Part shown: one piece after another, positions 63,785 to 64,000 of the stretch
How positions within the stretch are numbered: position 1 is the stretch's first letter
How the letters are laid out: each line of letters starts with the position of its first letter
Assembly: GCA_963702845.1 (NCBI GenBank)
Contig: OY969763.1
Span: 2,432,001 to 2,496,000 of the forward strand
Length of the DNA stretch: 64,000 bases
From: an uncultured Verrucomicrobiae bacterium
Lineage (GTDB): Bacteria; Verrucomicrobiota; Verrucomicrobiia; Limisphaerales; Palsa-1400
Direction: 5' to 3'
Notes under the pieces: generated by a model
What the model was told of the DNA's origin: nothing
Database searches by the model: none
What the model saw: only the letters and a program-made list of their open reading frames with translations
Program-made: the position numbers and the translations under genes

Positions 63785-64000
63785 TCATTGGGACCTCGGC
63801 AAAGCCGGCGGCAGTTTCTCTTCTACTTGAGCGACCGTCGTAGTCGGATAATCAATTTGTGACAGCGCGATGGTGTCGGTTTGCACAGGAGTCGTTGCCC
63901 GTAATTCTTTGGCGAACGACTGTTCAATCTGCTTTTTCTTTTCGGCGAGAAGCCGACGCTGAATCGAAGCACTGACGTTCGCCAACGGCGTGACCGTCTT
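63785..64000 (-). CDS. 3' end of an upstream gene, possibly a parvulin/PpiC-type PPIase
   Basis: PLANVSASIQRRLLAEKKKQIEQSFAKEL resembles the helix that follows PpiC domains; truncated by the window end. Confidence 0.4.
   Translation of the reverse strand, partial: KTVTPLANVSASIQRRLLAEKKKQIEQSFAKELRATTPVQTDTIALSQIDYPTTTVAQVEEKLPPALPRSQ

Overview
Bacterial DNA, most likely Verrucomicrobiota of the Pedosphaera/Limisphaerales type. This is inferred from the PVC-type heme/HEAT proteins, prepilin/H-X9-DG proteins, a TIGR02597-like domain and in-gene heptamer repeats. 1-11.9 kb: two PVC-type dehydrogenase-like genes plus Hyi-family, ThuA, TPR, LOG, DUF4184 and PhyH genes. Most are frameshifted, probably by long-read indel errors. 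11.9-19.1 kb: an ECF sigma locus with an anti-sigma/M23 fusion, two more M23 peptidases and a degenerate serine hydrolase. A bipartite promoter (TGTAATAA-N15-CGACTAATCAA) occurs twice there. 19.3-25 kb: glnD, an HtrA/Do protease, mtnA and tRNA-Cys. 25.3-51.1 kb, the main find: six copies of a LacI-type operator (CGCAA[A/T]CGTTTGCG), five of them 19-20 nt after the start of a TTGA(C/T)A -35 box. They head every predicted transcription unit of a cluster that joins a ribose uptake/kinase operon and its LacI regulator to a GH25 muramidase, a pilin-like protein plus GH127, a clan GH-A-like hydrolase, and three tandem paralogous secreted Ig-repeat proteins sharing an unnamed N-terminal domain (one carries a sulfatase). 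51.3-64 kb: an SGNH hydrolase, a FadL/OmpP1 barrel and a ~3240-aa adhesin-like protein. All family calls come from motif recognition by eye; no database searches were run.
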